Shown: positions 53,861-64,000, numbered from the stretch's first letter. The stretch: 64,000 nt of DNA from Chthonomonadales bacterium (GCA_049967475.1 JBMFSQ010000008.1:64001-128000), one strand, 5' to 3'. The notes: generated by a model from the sequence alone, not told the origin. Numbers and translations: made by a program.

Positions 53861-56422
53861 CTACGCTGCTCGCCGCCGAACGTCCGGCTCGGGAGACTTG
53901 CGGCGTACCCGCGTACGGTGTGCCAGCAGCCCGAGTTTGCGCTCCGTCTTCTGGTTGTACATGCGTGTATCCGCCACAGCCAAGAGTGAGGCGCAATCGG
54001 CGCCGTCGCCCGGGTAGCAGGCGTAGCCCACGCTCACGCCCAATCGGATCGCCCCAAGGCGGGGGTGAACAAGGGCGGGATCGAATTGGGCGACGGCCTC
54101 CTGCAGACGCCGGGCCATGGAAAGCGCTTCCTTCTCCCCTGCATTTTGAAGAACGATCACGAACTCATCCCCGCCGTAACGCACCACGATGTCGTCTTCT
54201 CGGATGATGCTTCGGAAGACGGCGCTGAGTTCCTTGAGTACCTGGTCGCCGCGCTGATGGCCGAAGTTGTCGTTGATGGGCTTGAAGCTGTCCAGATCCA
54301 AGCACAGAAGGGCGAAGCGGTCCGACTGCGGCTCAAATTCACCCTTCTCTTGCCCTGAAGGTTGGGCATCCTCGGCCGGCGGGAGAAGCCGCTGCGTAGC
54401 GGGCATATGGGGGGTGGTTCGGGCACAGCGGTCATTGACGTATTGGTGCAGGTAACGCAGGTTGAGCAACCCGGTGAGGGGATCGGTGAGGGCGTGGCTG
54501 CGCGTTCGGTCGAAGAGGAGGCCGTTGAAGATGGCCATGGCGGCCCGGTCGGCAATGGTTTCCAATAACTGACGGTCATGGGGGCCGAAAGCGTGGGGCG
54601 CCGGATGATAAAGGTTGATTGTGCCAAGCACTTCCGCTTCGTGAATGATGGGTACGATGAGCGTGCTGTTGAGAGGTGTCCACTCTTCGCCTTCCACACT
54701 CGTGAGCATCAAATCGTCGGGGTCATAGGGACCCCAATAGGTCTTGCGCGTGCGGGCGACCACCATGGACCTGGAGGTAGCATTGATGGTGGCACAGCCT
54801 CGGAAAAAGGCGCTGTTGACGCCCACGGAAGTCTTTGACACAAGGCGGCCACTTGCAGGATCCTTGAGCATGAAGACGCACGAAGTCCCCGGCATGATGG
54901 AAGAGATTTTGCCCGCGAGAATGTCCAGGGTCTCCTTGAGACCGATGGAGGCCGACAACGTTTGGGCAACTTCGTAAAGCGCCCAAAGCTCGGAAGAGGC
55001 CCGCTGGATATCGCGCACGGCTTGATCGGATTTGGAGGCTGGATCTGCGGAAGCAGATTGGGCGTTCTTGGCTGCGAGGGGTCCGAAGCCTTCTTCGGCC
55101 ATCTGTTGTACAAGAGGAGTGATGATGTTGAGGAATGCGTCCACCACGCGCGGATCAAAGTGGCTTCCCGCTCCCTGCCGAATAACTTCCATCGCCTTTT
55201 CGTGGCTCCATGCGCTGCGGTAGGAGCGTGTGGAGGTGAGGGCGTCGTACACGTCGGCAACGGCTAGAACGCGGGCTGTGAGGGGGATCTCTTCACCCTT
55301 GAGGCCGTCCGGGTATCCCGTACCGTCCCACTTTTCGTGGTGATGCTTTACCACCGGGACGACGGGCCACGGGAATTCCACGGGATCCAAGATTGCAGCG
55401 CCGATTTCGGGATGCTTCTTGATCTTGGCAAACTCTTCGTCTGTGAGGCGGCCGGGCTTGAGCAGCACATATTCCGGCACTCCCAACTTGCCGATATCGT
55501 GCAGTAACGCGCCAGTATTAACCGCTTCCAGATCCGCCCCGGAAAGTCCCAGGTACTGGGCCGTGGCTACAGCGTACCGCTGTACGCGAAGGATGTGCTG
55601 GTGCGTATACTGGTCTTTGGCATCTATTGCCAAGGCGAGGCTCTTGATCGTAGCGAGGTAGAGATCGGCGAGCCGTGCCTGGCTGATCTGAAGCTCTTCG
55701 ATGTGCTGCTGCTTCTCCTCGGCACGGGCCGTGTACACCGCATAGGACTGGTAGGTGAAGTAGGCCACCGGCGAGCCGAAAAGAAGTGCAACTCCGATGT
55801 TGTGCCCAAAGAGGATCAGTCCCAGTGTGGCAACGGAGGCTCCCATGAAATAGCTTGGGGCGGTCCAAAGGAACGAGTTCTTCCACACCTCATAAGGGCG
55901 TTTACCCGTACTGAAGCCGATCGCCATGGCTACGCCGCCGGTGTTGATGCCGTAATAGGCCAGGGTCGCTGCGGACACGGCCGGCAGCGAGGACGCCGGC
56001 GTGATGCGGAGGCTGTACCCGTTGAAGATTAGGAAAACCATTCCCGACAGCCACGCTTCCAGCGCTGCCAAGGACACATTGAAGGCTGCCTGGTACAATG
56101 GCTGCCGGCGGGGGTAGAGGCAACCGGAAAGCGTGGCCAATCCTCCAACTAAAAGACCGGCGCCTGGACCGAGGCGCAGGAGGGACATGAAGGTAATCGT
56201 AAAGCCCAGGGACATAGACCCCACGTCTTCGGAACCTTTGTGGCGCATGAGCTGCACCTTTTTGCCTCCCGCGAGGAGGGCCAGTCCCGCAAAGAGAGGT
56301 AATTCCCACGAGGCGGCGGAGGTGGGGGGATTTCTGAAGACAAAAGAGCATATGGCCGCTTCAATCCCGAAGAGGTACACGGCCAAGAGGTAGATGCGGG
56401 CTTTGATGGGCAAATTGCGCAT
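53861..56422 (-). CDS. Membrane sensor + HD-GYP + GAF + GGDEF c-di-GMP turnover protein
   Basis: About 6-7 N-terminal TMs; LLHDIGK, HHEKWDGTGYP; GAF; DLDSFKPINDNFGH, REDD I-site, RYGGDEF. Confidence 0.92.
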   Translation of the reverse strand: MRNLPIKARIYLLAVYLFGIEAAICSFVFRNPPTSAASWELPLFAGLALLAGGKKVQLMRHKGSEDVGSMSLGFTITFMSLLRLGPGAGLLVGGLATLSGCLYPRRQPLYQAAFNVSLAALEAWLSGMVFLIFNGYSLRITPASSLPAVSAATLAYYGINTGGVAMAIGFSTGKRPYEVWKNSFLWTAPSYFMGASVATLGLILFGHNIGVALLFGSPVAYFTYQSYAVYTARAEEKQQHIEELQISQARLADLYLATIKSLALAIDAKDQYTHQHILRVQRYAVATAQYLGLSGADLEAVNTGALLHDIGKLGVPEYVLLKPGRLTDEEFAKIKKHPEIGAAILDPVEFPWPVVPVVKHHHEKWDGTGYPDGLKGEEIPLTARVLAVADVYDALTSTRSYRSAWSHEKAMEVIRQGAGSHFDPRVVDAFLNIITPLVQQMAEEGFGPLAAKNAQSASADPASKSDQAVRDIQRASSELWALYEVAQTLSASIGLKETLDILAGKISSIMPGTSCVFMLKDPASGRLVSKTSVGVNSAFFRGCATINATSRSMVVARTRKTYWGPYDPDDLMLTSVEGEEWTPLNSTLIVPIIHEAEVLGTINLYHPAPHAFGPHDRQLLETIADRAAMAIFNGLLFDRTRSHALTDPLTGLLNLRYLHQYVNDRCARTTPHMPATQRLLPPAEDAQPSGQEKGEFEPQSDRFALLCLDLDSFKPINDNFGHQRGDQVLKELSAVFRSIIREDDIVVRYGGDEFVIVLQNAGEKEALSMARRLQEAVAQFDPALVHPRLGAIRLGVSVGYACYPGDGADCASLLAVADTRMYNQKTERKLGLLAHRTRVRRKSPEPDVRRRAA

Positions 56423-56651
56423 AACAGGAGCCTTCGGCTAGAAATGATTGACTTGCAGCAGACCTAGGAAGCATCCATTCGGCACATCTGCCGTAACGTT
56501 TCAGGGGTTCCCCCGGCGAAAGACGCTTCCAGCAACTTGGTCCCTAGAGTTTCACGGGCGGGCCTTCGGATCCGCCCCTGCTTTCGATTGCCATTGTGGT
56601 CTCCTGCTTCTATGTTCGGCATCCTAGGGCCATTCCTGAAGCATTTCGGGA

Positions 56652-56680
56652 TTTACCAGTTGTGGGAAAGGGTGTATAAT
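56652..56680 (+). promoter_or_regulatory. Putative sigma70 promoter of glmU-prs
   Basis: TTTACC-17 nt-TATAAT. Confidence 0.55.
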
Positions 56681-56779
56681 GGGTCGCTAGTCGTTTCCCG
56701 GTGCGTGCCCATGGCTGGTTTTGCGGTGAGGGCGGTTCGGCAATCCCCCGTTTGTGCGAAGTAGGAGCTATAAGAACGC

Positions 56780-58207
56780 ATGCCCGATGTACATTCACAG
56801 GAAAGTCCCTTGGGCCGGCCGTTGCGGGCAGCAGTGATTTTGGCCGCCGGCAAGTCTACGCGGATGCGCTCGGCCATCCCCAAAGCCTTGCATTCGATGT
56901 GCGGCCGCCCGCTTACGCGGCACGTAGTCGAAGCGTGCAAGGCAGCTGGGATCTCGCGCATCATCGTGGTGGTGGGGCACCAGGCTGAAGCCGTGAAAGC
57001 AGGGCTTGGGGATGACGTGGAATACGCCTTGCAGGAACGGCCGCTAGGCACAGGCGATGCCGCGAGAGCTGCAGAGCCCCTCTTGAGGGATTGGCAGGGC
57101 ACCGTACTTGTCCTCGCCGGCGACGTCCCGCTCTTGCGTCCTCAAACGATTGAGCGAATGATGGTATTTCATGAAGCGCGCGGAGCCGCCGCAACCCTCC
57201 TGACCGCCTTTCTGGATGATCCCACAGGTTACGGGCGCATCGTGCGAGGGCCCGACGGATCGGTGATGCGCATCGTGGAGCATAAGGATGCTACCGAGCA
57301 GGAGCGGGCCATCAAGGAGTGGAACCCGTCCATCTATGCTTTTCGGGGCCCCATGCTCTTCGAGGCGGTGAGGAAGTTGCGCCCCGAGAATGCCCAGGGC
57401 GAGCTCTACCTCACTGATGCAATCGAACTGCTCACTTCCAGCGGACACCGTGTGGAGGCCGTCGCCGCTGAGGATGTGCGTGAGGTGCTGGGCGTCAACA
57501 CGCGCGTGGAGTTGGCGGAAGCCGCAGCGATCCTCCGACGGCGCATTTTGGAAGACCTGATGCTGGGCGGGGTCACGATTACGGATCCGGCTTCCACCTA
57601 CGTGGATGTAGGGGTGTCCGTTGGGATGGACACGGTGCTTCACCCTCAAACGTTCCTGGAGGGCGCAACCAGCATCGGCGAGGGCTGCACCGTCGGTCCG
57701 TGTGTGCGTTTAATGGACACGTCTGTGGGCCACCGGTGCACCATCGTGTCTTCCCAGATTGTGGAGTGTTCTATAGGCAGCGGAGTTCGCATCGGCCCCT
57801 TTGCAAATCTGAGGCCGGGGTGTCGCATTGCAGACGGCGCCAAGGTCGGCGACTTTGTCGAACTGAAGAACGCAGTCATCGGTGAGCGAGTGTCTGCGGC
57901 GCATCTCAGCTATATCGGAGATGCGCATGTTGGGGCAGGCACCAATATCGGAGCGGGAACGATTACCTGCAACTATGACGGAGCCGCAAAGCACCGCACA
58001 GTAATCGGTGAGCGTGTCTTCGTGGGTTCCCACGCCACGCTCATTGCCCCGGTTACCGTAGGGGATGGCGCCTATGTTGCCGCGGCGAGCGCGGTGGATG
58101 AAGACGTACCCGAGGATGCCCTCGTGATTGCCCGCTGCCGGCAGACAGTAAAGCCTGGGTGGGCCAAACGCAAGCGTGAGGAACGGGCGAGGGGATCCCG
58201 GCAATAG
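56780..58207 (+). CDS. glmU: Bifunctional UDP-GlcNAc pyrophosphorylase / glucosamine-1-P acetyltransferase
   Basis: LAAGKSTRM, GYGRIVR, ELYLTD, hexapeptide repeats, HLSYIGD, CNYDG. Confidence 0.97.
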   Translation: MPDVHSQESPLGRPLRAAVILAAGKSTRMRSAIPKALHSMCGRPLTRHVVEACKAAGISRIIVVVGHQAEAVKAGLGDDVEYALQERPLGTGDAARAAEPLLRDWQGTVLVLAGDVPLLRPQTIERMMVFHEARGAAATLLTAFLDDPTGYGRIVRGPDGSVMRIVEHKDATEQERAIKEWNPSIYAFRGPMLFEAVRKLRPENAQGELYLTDAIELLTSSGHRVEAVAAEDVREVLGVNTRVELAEAAAILRRRILEDLMLGGVTITDPASTYVDVGVSVGMDTVLHPQTFLEGATSIGEGCTVGPCVRLMDTSVGHRCTIVSSQIVECSIGSGVRIGPFANLRPGCRIADGAKVGDFVELKNAVIGERVSAAHLSYIGDAHVGAGTNIGAGTITCNYDGAAKHRTVIGERVFVGSHATLIAPVTVGDGAYVAAASAVDEDVPEDALVIARCRQTVKPGWAKRKREERARGSRQ

Positions 58208-58243
58208 GGTGTTCCTGGCACCGGTACAGTACGAGGGAGAGAC

Positions 58244-59209
<966 letters not shown>

Positions 59210-59235
59210 AGCGGCCGGCTCTGTGCATGAGGAGA

Positions 59236-59275
59236 GATAGGCTGGGCAGACCGCGTGGAGTCTGCCCAGCCTATC
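59236..59275. terminator. Strong hairpin between convergent prs and 6S RNA (probably a bidirectional terminator)
   Basis: Perfect 16-bp stem gataggctgggcagac / gtctgcccagcctatc with an 8-nt loop. Confidence 0.7.
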
Positions 59276-59285
59276 ATCACATTCG

Positions 59286-59463
59286 GCCCCGCGGTGCCGT
59301 GTGCCCCTGAGTTCTTGAACCCGATAAGCACGGGCGGATGACCGCCGGTTTGCCTCGCGATTCCTCCAAATTGGAGGCTGCCACTTGGCGTTCCGAGACG
59401 ATCTCCATGTTTATGGGTGTTGGCTCAGAACTTCAGCGGAACATCACCAATCACCTGCAGGGC
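59286..59463 (-). ncRNA. ssrS: 6S RNA
   Basis: About 178-nt rod: ends pair GCCCUGC.GGUG / CACC.GCGGGGC, then CUGA.GUUCUGAGCC / GGGUUCAAGAACUCAG flanking an unpaired central bubble; UGAGCC and GGGUUCAAG resemble conserved 6S elements; own promoter upstream and hairpin downstream. Confidence 0.8.
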
Positions 59464-59483
59464 GCTGCAACCTGCATGATGCT

Positions 59484-59512
59484 ATTCTACCACGCCTCAC
59501 CTGCGCCGGCAA
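59484..59512 (-). promoter_or_regulatory. Sigma70 promoter driving the 6S RNA
   Basis: Minus strand TTGCCG-17 nt-TAGAAT with extended TG. Confidence 0.7.
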
Positions 59513-59627
59513 GCAGTGGGCCCTAAGTGCGGCGCGGCAATTCCGATGCTTCGCCCTCGCAAACGCCTTGCGAACGAACGTTCCCAACGACGGTCCCCGT
59601 GCCGAGATCTTTGGCTGCACACCACCC

Positions 59628-59656
59628 TTGACATTGTCGCTTGGTTTGTTTATATT
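59628..59656 (+). promoter_or_regulatory. Sigma70 promoter of sigH
   Basis: TTGACA-17 nt-TATATT. Confidence 0.7.
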
Positions 59657-59762
59657 AGTCAACGTCGAGCCTGAGCCCGCATCAATGCTAGGGCAGGCCG
59701 GTGTGGCCCGGCGGTGCCTTTCGGCGCTGGGCGGGCTTCTCGCCACCACGGGGAGGGTTGCC

Positions 59763-60500
59763 ATGGCTTCACCCAAGCTGGATGGACGCCTCAACTTCGC
59801 CATGATGTCCGACGAGGAGATCGTAGCCTGTGCCCGTGAAGGAAACCCCGGCGCCGTGGAATATCTGCTCGCAAAATACCGCCACATGGTGGAAGGAAAG
59901 GCCCGAACCTACTACCTTACGGGCGCCGACAGGGACGACGTAGTCCAGGAAGGAATGATCGGCCTCTTCAAGGCGATAAGAGACTACCGCACAGACCGCT
60001 TGAGCCAATTCCGCGGCTTTGCGGAACTGTGCGTCACCCGCCAGATCATCACCGCAGTGAAGACCGCCACACGCCAGAAGCACGGCCCCCTCAATGAGTA
60101 CATCTCTCTGCATCACCCTGTTCTTGATTGGGAGGGAGAGGGTACACTCATTGAGTGCATCGCAGACGAGCGTGTGGAAGATCCCGCCGCCTCTATGCTC
60201 CATCGGAGGAATGCCGTAGTCCTTCGAGAGCAGGTGGCCGATGCACTGTCGGACTTGGAAGTTCGCGTGTTGCAGCGCTATCTGGAGGGAAAGACCTACC
60301 GGGAGATCTCACGAGAGTTGCACTGCCGCACCAAGTGCATTGACAATGCGCTTCAGCGCGCAAAGCGCAAGGTGGGGTTGCTCTTGTTGCAGGATGGTGT
60401 TGTGGCCGGCACCCGAATGGAACTTCCCATGCGCAGGGACCACGCAGTTGCAGCAAGCCGCAGGCGAAGTGTCCGTCGTGCCGCACCGCCGCCCTCCTGA
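59763..60500 (+). CDS. sigH: SigH (sigma-H)-like RNA polymerase sigma factor
   Basis: GADRDDVVQEGMIGLFKAIRDY, FAELCVTRQIITAVKTATRQKHGPLN, IDNALQRAKRK closely match Bacillus SigH; GGGAGG RBS. Confidence 0.9.
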   Translation: MASPKLDGRLNFAMMSDEEIVACAREGNPGAVEYLLAKYRHMVEGKARTYYLTGADRDDVVQEGMIGLFKAIRDYRTDRLSQFRGFAELCVTRQIITAVKTATRQKHGPLNEYISLHHPVLDWEGEGTLIECIADERVEDPAASMLHRRNAVVLREQVADALSDLEVRVLQRYLEGKTYREISRELHCRTKCIDNALQRAKRKVGLLLLQDGVVAGTRMELPMRRDHAVAASRRRSVRRAAPPPS

Positions 60501-60536
60501 TACCAACGCGGCCAAGGAGACGTCTTATTCATACAG

Positions 60537-60609
60537 GCCTCAGTAGCTCAGCCGGTAGAGCAACGCTCTTGTAAAGCGAAGGTCAGCGGTTCGAGTCCGC
60601 TCTGAGGCT
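60537..60609 (+). tRNA. tRNA-Thr (anticodon TGT), CCA not encoded
   Basis: GCCTCAG / CTGAGGC acceptor stem, TAGCTCAGCCGGTAGAGC, loop CTTGTAA, GGTTCGAGTCC. Confidence 0.93.
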
Positions 60610-60617
60610 TAGGAGAC

Positions 60618-60660
60618 CGTCCGGTTCGTGCGGGGTGTCCCCGCGAAACCGGACGTTTTT
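60618..60660 (+). terminator. Rho-independent terminator after sigH-tRNA-Thr
   Basis: cgtccggtt..gcgggg-tgt-ccccgc..aaccggacg stem followed by TTTTT. Confidence 0.75.
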
Positions 60661-60715
60661 CATTCACTGGGTGAAGATTTGGGCAGGGTTCCGGGGTTCG
60701 CGGGTGGAGGGCATT

Positions 60716-63595
60716 ATGGGCGAGGAGGTGGGACTGCTTACGTTCTTGCTTACGGATATCGAGGGGAGCGCGAAGGCATGGGAAGCTGATCCTGGGATGA
60801 TGCGCCGGGCGCTTCAGCACCACGACCAGCTAGTGGGCGACATCATTCGAAAAGCGGGAGGCACCGTCTTCAAGACCTTGGGCGACGGCGTATGCGCCGT
60901 ATTCCACGAGGCGACCGCTGCCGTGTCTGCAGCGCTGTCCATACAAGTTGCGCTCAACGAAGGAGATGCAGGCGAATGGGAGCCGGGAGATGTTGTGGCG
61001 GCTCGCCAGCCTCTGCGGACGAGGATGGGCCTCCACTCGGGCTCTGCAGAGGAGCGCAGCGGGGATTACTTGGGGCCCGCCGTCAACCGCACCGCGCGCA
61101 TTCGCGATGCTGCCCACGGAGGGCAGATCCTGCTTTCCCAGGCTACGGCGGCGCTCGTGCAGGACCACCTTCCCCAAGGTGCGGCGCTCAAACAGTTGGG
61201 TCTCCATCGCTTGAAGGATCTGCAGCGTCCGGAGAACCTTTACCAACTCACGCATCCTGCACTGCGAGAGGATTTCGGGCCCCTACGCACCCTGAGTGTC
61301 GCCAGGCACAATCTGCCCGTGGATCTTACCAGCTTCATCGGGCGGGACGTTGAGCTGGCTGAAGTGCGGAACCATTTGCGTCGTAGCCGCCTCGTCACCC
61401 TTACCGGCGCAGGCGGGTGCGGCAAGACCCGTTTGGCGCTCCACGGAGCCGCAGAGATGGCCGCCGACTTCGACGGGGGCGTATGGCTGGTGGAATTGGG
61501 TCCCCTGGCGGACGCATCCCTCGTGCCGGGGGCAATCGCCGGCGTTCTGCACCTTCGCGAGGATGCCCGTAGACCCCCAATTGAAGCTGCAGCCGATTAC
61601 CTTCAGGATAAGGAAGCCCTGGTTGTGCTCGATAATTGCGAGCATCTCGTAGATGCGGTGGCTGCCGCCGCCGAGTACCTGCTGAGACGTTGTGTGGGCG
61701 TGCGCATCTTGGCCACCAGCCGGGAACCGTTGAGAATTCCCGGTGAATTGGTGTGGAAGGTGCCATCCCTCGCCATGCCTTCCCAGATGCGTGGCGACGT
61801 TGCAGAGGTGCTTGGGTGCGAAGCGGTGCTGCTTTTTATGGATCGCGCCCGCGCTGCTTGGCCCGGCTACCAGGTGGACCCCAACTCTGCCCCAATTCTC
61901 CTGCATATCTGCCGGGCGTTGGATGGCATCCCGCTGGCCATCGAACTCGCTGCGGCCAAGGTTCGCATTCTTTCCCTGGAACAGATTGCCGAGCGGTTGA
62001 GCCGCCGCTTTGCGCTCCTAGCAGGCGGAGGGAGGACCGCCTTGCCGCGGCACCGAACGCTCAGGGCGACGATTGAGTGGAGCTATGACCTGCTCTCCGC
62101 GATGGAACGCCTGCTTTTCCACCGGTTGGCTGTGTTTTCAGGGGGCTTCACTCTCGAAGCTGCGGAGTTCGTTTGTGCGGACGCCGAGTTGGCCGCAGAC
62201 ATGGTTCTGGACCTCTTGGCGGCGCTCGTGGATAAATCCATGGTTGTGGTGGACGAAGACGCCGCAGCGCCCCGCTATCGGCTTTTGGAGACCATGCGCG
62301 AGTTCGCTTTGGAAAAATCGGCCGAAGAGGAAGGTGGCGACACCCTCAGAGACCGGCACCTTCAATACTACCGCGACTTGGCAGAGGAGGCCATGGTGGG
62401 CGTATTAGGCCCCAGGCAGCCGTTCTGGCTGGATCGCCTGGAGCGCGAGCATGACAATATGCGCGCTGCTATCCACTGGTGTAGGATTGCACCCTCACAC
62501 GATGAAGACGGACTTCGGCTGGCGGGTGCCTTGTCGCGCTTCTGGTTCATCAGGGGATACCTGAGCGAGGGCCGAAGGCATCTTGCTTCCGTTCTGGCCC
62601 ACCGCGCCACGCGAGCTACACGGGGATGGGCCATGGCCCACAATGGCGCCGGTATTCTTGCCTATGCCCAGAGTGACCTTACAGACGCAATGGCGCACTA
62701 CAAAGCAGCCCTGGATCTGTGGCGCCTGCTGGATGATGCGTCAGGCGTAGCCGGAACCCTCAACAATTTGGGATTGGCGCTTGTAGAGGGCGGGAATGCG
62801 CCCGAAGCAGTGCCTATGCTCGAGGAGAGCCTGAAACTGTACGACGATCTTGGAGATGCTGCGGGTTCCGCCAAGGTGTTGAACAATTTGGGCATTGCAT
62901 CCTACCGGCAGGGATTGCTGCAACAGGCGCGGAACTATTACAACCGGAGCTTGCAGATACGCCGTGATATGGGCGCAGAAGGTGCAGCCGCCGAGTGCCT
63001 GAGCAACCTGGGCGAGATCGCCTTCGCCGAGGGCGAATTCGCACAGGCGAGCGAGCTCTTTCACCAGAGCCTTGCAATCCTGCGCCGCATGGACGACCGC
63101 AGAGCGCTGTGTCATGTGTCTTACAACTGCGGCGAGGCGCTTTTCGCGGTCGGGGATTTGGCGGGAGCCAAGGCGGCCTACCAGGAGAGCCTGCAGACGG
63201 CCCGCTTCCTTGGGGATGCCCGGTGTGAGGTTCGCGCACTCTGCCATCTTGGGGAATTGGCGGCATCGAGCGGCGACATTGCGGCGGCGCGCGACGCCTT
63301 TCAATCCGGCATCCGGTTATGCGACCAATGCGGCGAGGTTTATTCCCGGCGGTGCCGAACCGGATTGGCTTGGGTCATTCTGCAGGAAGGCAATGCGGAG
63401 GAGGCGGCGATCCTCCTCGGGTCAGCCCAATCTTCATCCATGGCCCAGGCATCGGGCGGGCCGCTGGAAGAGGCTCTTCGAAAGCAGGCGCTCGACGTCT
63501 TGGGCGAGGCACGGTTTGACGCTGCCTTCGCAGTGGGCCAATCTCGCGCGGCAGCCGTGGCCAAGAGGTCGGAGCGCGCAGCCCATCAACGCTGA
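60716..63595 (+). CDS. Class III nucleotide cyclase + STAND (NB-ARC-like) ATPase + TPR repeats
   Basis: TDIEGS, FKTLGDG, GDYLGPAVNRTAR; HNLP..LTSFIGR, GAGGCGKT, VLDNCEH, GIPLAIELAA; repeated LNNLG TPRs. Confidence 0.9.
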   Translation: MGEEVGLLTFLLTDIEGSAKAWEADPGMMRRALQHHDQLVGDIIRKAGGTVFKTLGDGVCAVFHEATAAVSAALSIQVALNEGDAGEWEPGDVVAARQPLRTRMGLHSGSAEERSGDYLGPAVNRTARIRDAAHGGQILLSQATAALVQDHLPQGAALKQLGLHRLKDLQRPENLYQLTHPALREDFGPLRTLSVARHNLPVDLTSFIGRDVELAEVRNHLRRSRLVTLTGAGGCGKTRLALHGAAEMAADFDGGVWLVELGPLADASLVPGAIAGVLHLREDARRPPIEAAADYLQDKEALVVLDNCEHLVDAVAAAAEYLLRRCVGVRILATSREPLRIPGELVWKVPSLAMPSQMRGDVAEVLGCEAVLLFMDRARAAWPGYQVDPNSAPILLHICRALDGIPLAIELAAAKVRILSLEQIAERLSRRFALLAGGGRTALPRHRTLRATIEWSYDLLSAMERLLFHRLAVFSGGFTLEAAEFVCADAELAADMVLDLLAALVDKSMVVVDEDAAAPRYRLLETMREFALEKSAEEEGGDTLRDRHLQYYRDLAEEAMVGVLGPRQPFWLDRLEREHDNMRAAIHWCRIAPSHDEDGLRLAGALSRFWFIRGYLSEGRRHLASVLAHRATRATRGWAMAHNGAGILAYAQSDLTDAMAHYKAALDLWRLLDDASGVAGTLNNLGLALVEGGNAPEAVPMLEESLKLYDDLGDAAGSAKVLNNLGIASYRQGLLQQARNYYNRSLQIRRDMGAEGAAAECLSNLGEIAFAEGEFAQASELFHQSLAILRRMDDRRALCHVSYNCGEALFAVGDLAGAKAAYQESLQTARFLGDARCEVRALCHLGELAASSGDIAAARDAFQSGIRLCDQCGEVYSRRCRTGLAWVILQEGNAEEAAILLGSAQSSSMAQASGGPLEEALRKQALDVLGEARFDAAFAVGQSRAAAVAKRSERAAHQR

Positions 63596-63690
63596 CGGCC
63601 GCGGGCTGCCGGCCGGATGCCGAACACGCTGCCGCCACCCAGCGTAACCCGTTTCGTGTGAAGGTGGACCATTGGGAAGGAGGCGATGAA

Positions 63691-64000
63691 GTGAACAAAC
63701 AAAAGCATGTGTGGGTGGTAGTGATTGCAGGCATCGCGATTGGGTTGTGTGCCCTTGCTTCGGCGCCTGGGGCATTGGCGGGGTTCCATCATTGGAAGGG
63801 GCGGTACCATGCGCGCCGTGCCGACATCCAACACAAGCGCACCGCATCCGTGGGGAGCGTGAGCCTGAGCACGTCGAGCATCCCGGTGAATACCCAATGT
63901 GACGCTTACGTAAGCGTAGGATCTGTGACGCCGGTTCCCGATGGGGGCCAATTCACCCTTTTGTCGAGCAATCCGGCGGTTGCGTCGGTTCCTGCAGCGC
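63691..64000 (+). CDS. Secreted protein, N-terminal part (3' truncated), possible Ig-like repeats
   Basis: AGGAGG RBS then GTG; MNKQKHVWVVVIAGIAIGLCALASAPGALA signal peptide; LSSNPAVASVP; frame open to window end. Confidence 0.6.
   Translation, partial: MNKQKHVWVVVIAGIAIGLCALASAPGALAGFHHWKGRYHARRADIQHKRTASVGSVSLSTSSIPVNTQCDAYVSVGSVTPVPDGGQFTLLSSNPAVASVPAA

Noticed and set aside
59385..59762. N-terminal extension of SigH in the ORF track
   Set aside because: Overlaps the 6S RNA and both promoters; a good RBS precedes ATG 59763.

Overview
GC-rich core-genome window from a bacterium. It is probably diderm and Terrabacteria-related, for example Armatimonadota-like; this is an inference from the gene set (sigH-like sigma, rplI-dnaB, MCE/Mla, ACIII). 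In order, it holds: the 3' half of a complex I operon (nuoH-J-K-L-M-[UROD-fold gene]-N, with no nuoI between H and J); a cysM / JAMM peptidase / ubiquitin-like+E1+rhodanese fusion operon; a complete alternative complex III (actA-G) with SCO and an A2-type caa3 oxidase; an amidase with a small Tat-signal partner; tRNA-Lys; a stand-alone rpoBC with several unusual inserts and Ser at the E. coli His526-equivalent rifampicin site; a DeoR-divergent methyltransferase / DUF2961 / E1 alpha-beta locus; fadD-mlaEFD-rplI-dnaB-purDE; gluconokinase and an aminotransferase; a PilZ gene and an HD-GYP-GAF-GGDEF gene; glmU-prs; a 6S RNA absent from the ORF track and divergent from sigH; tRNA-Thr; and a cyclase-STAND-TPR protein. 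I saw no CRISPR array, rRNA, transposase or integrase. All family calls come from motif recognition by eye, not from database searches.
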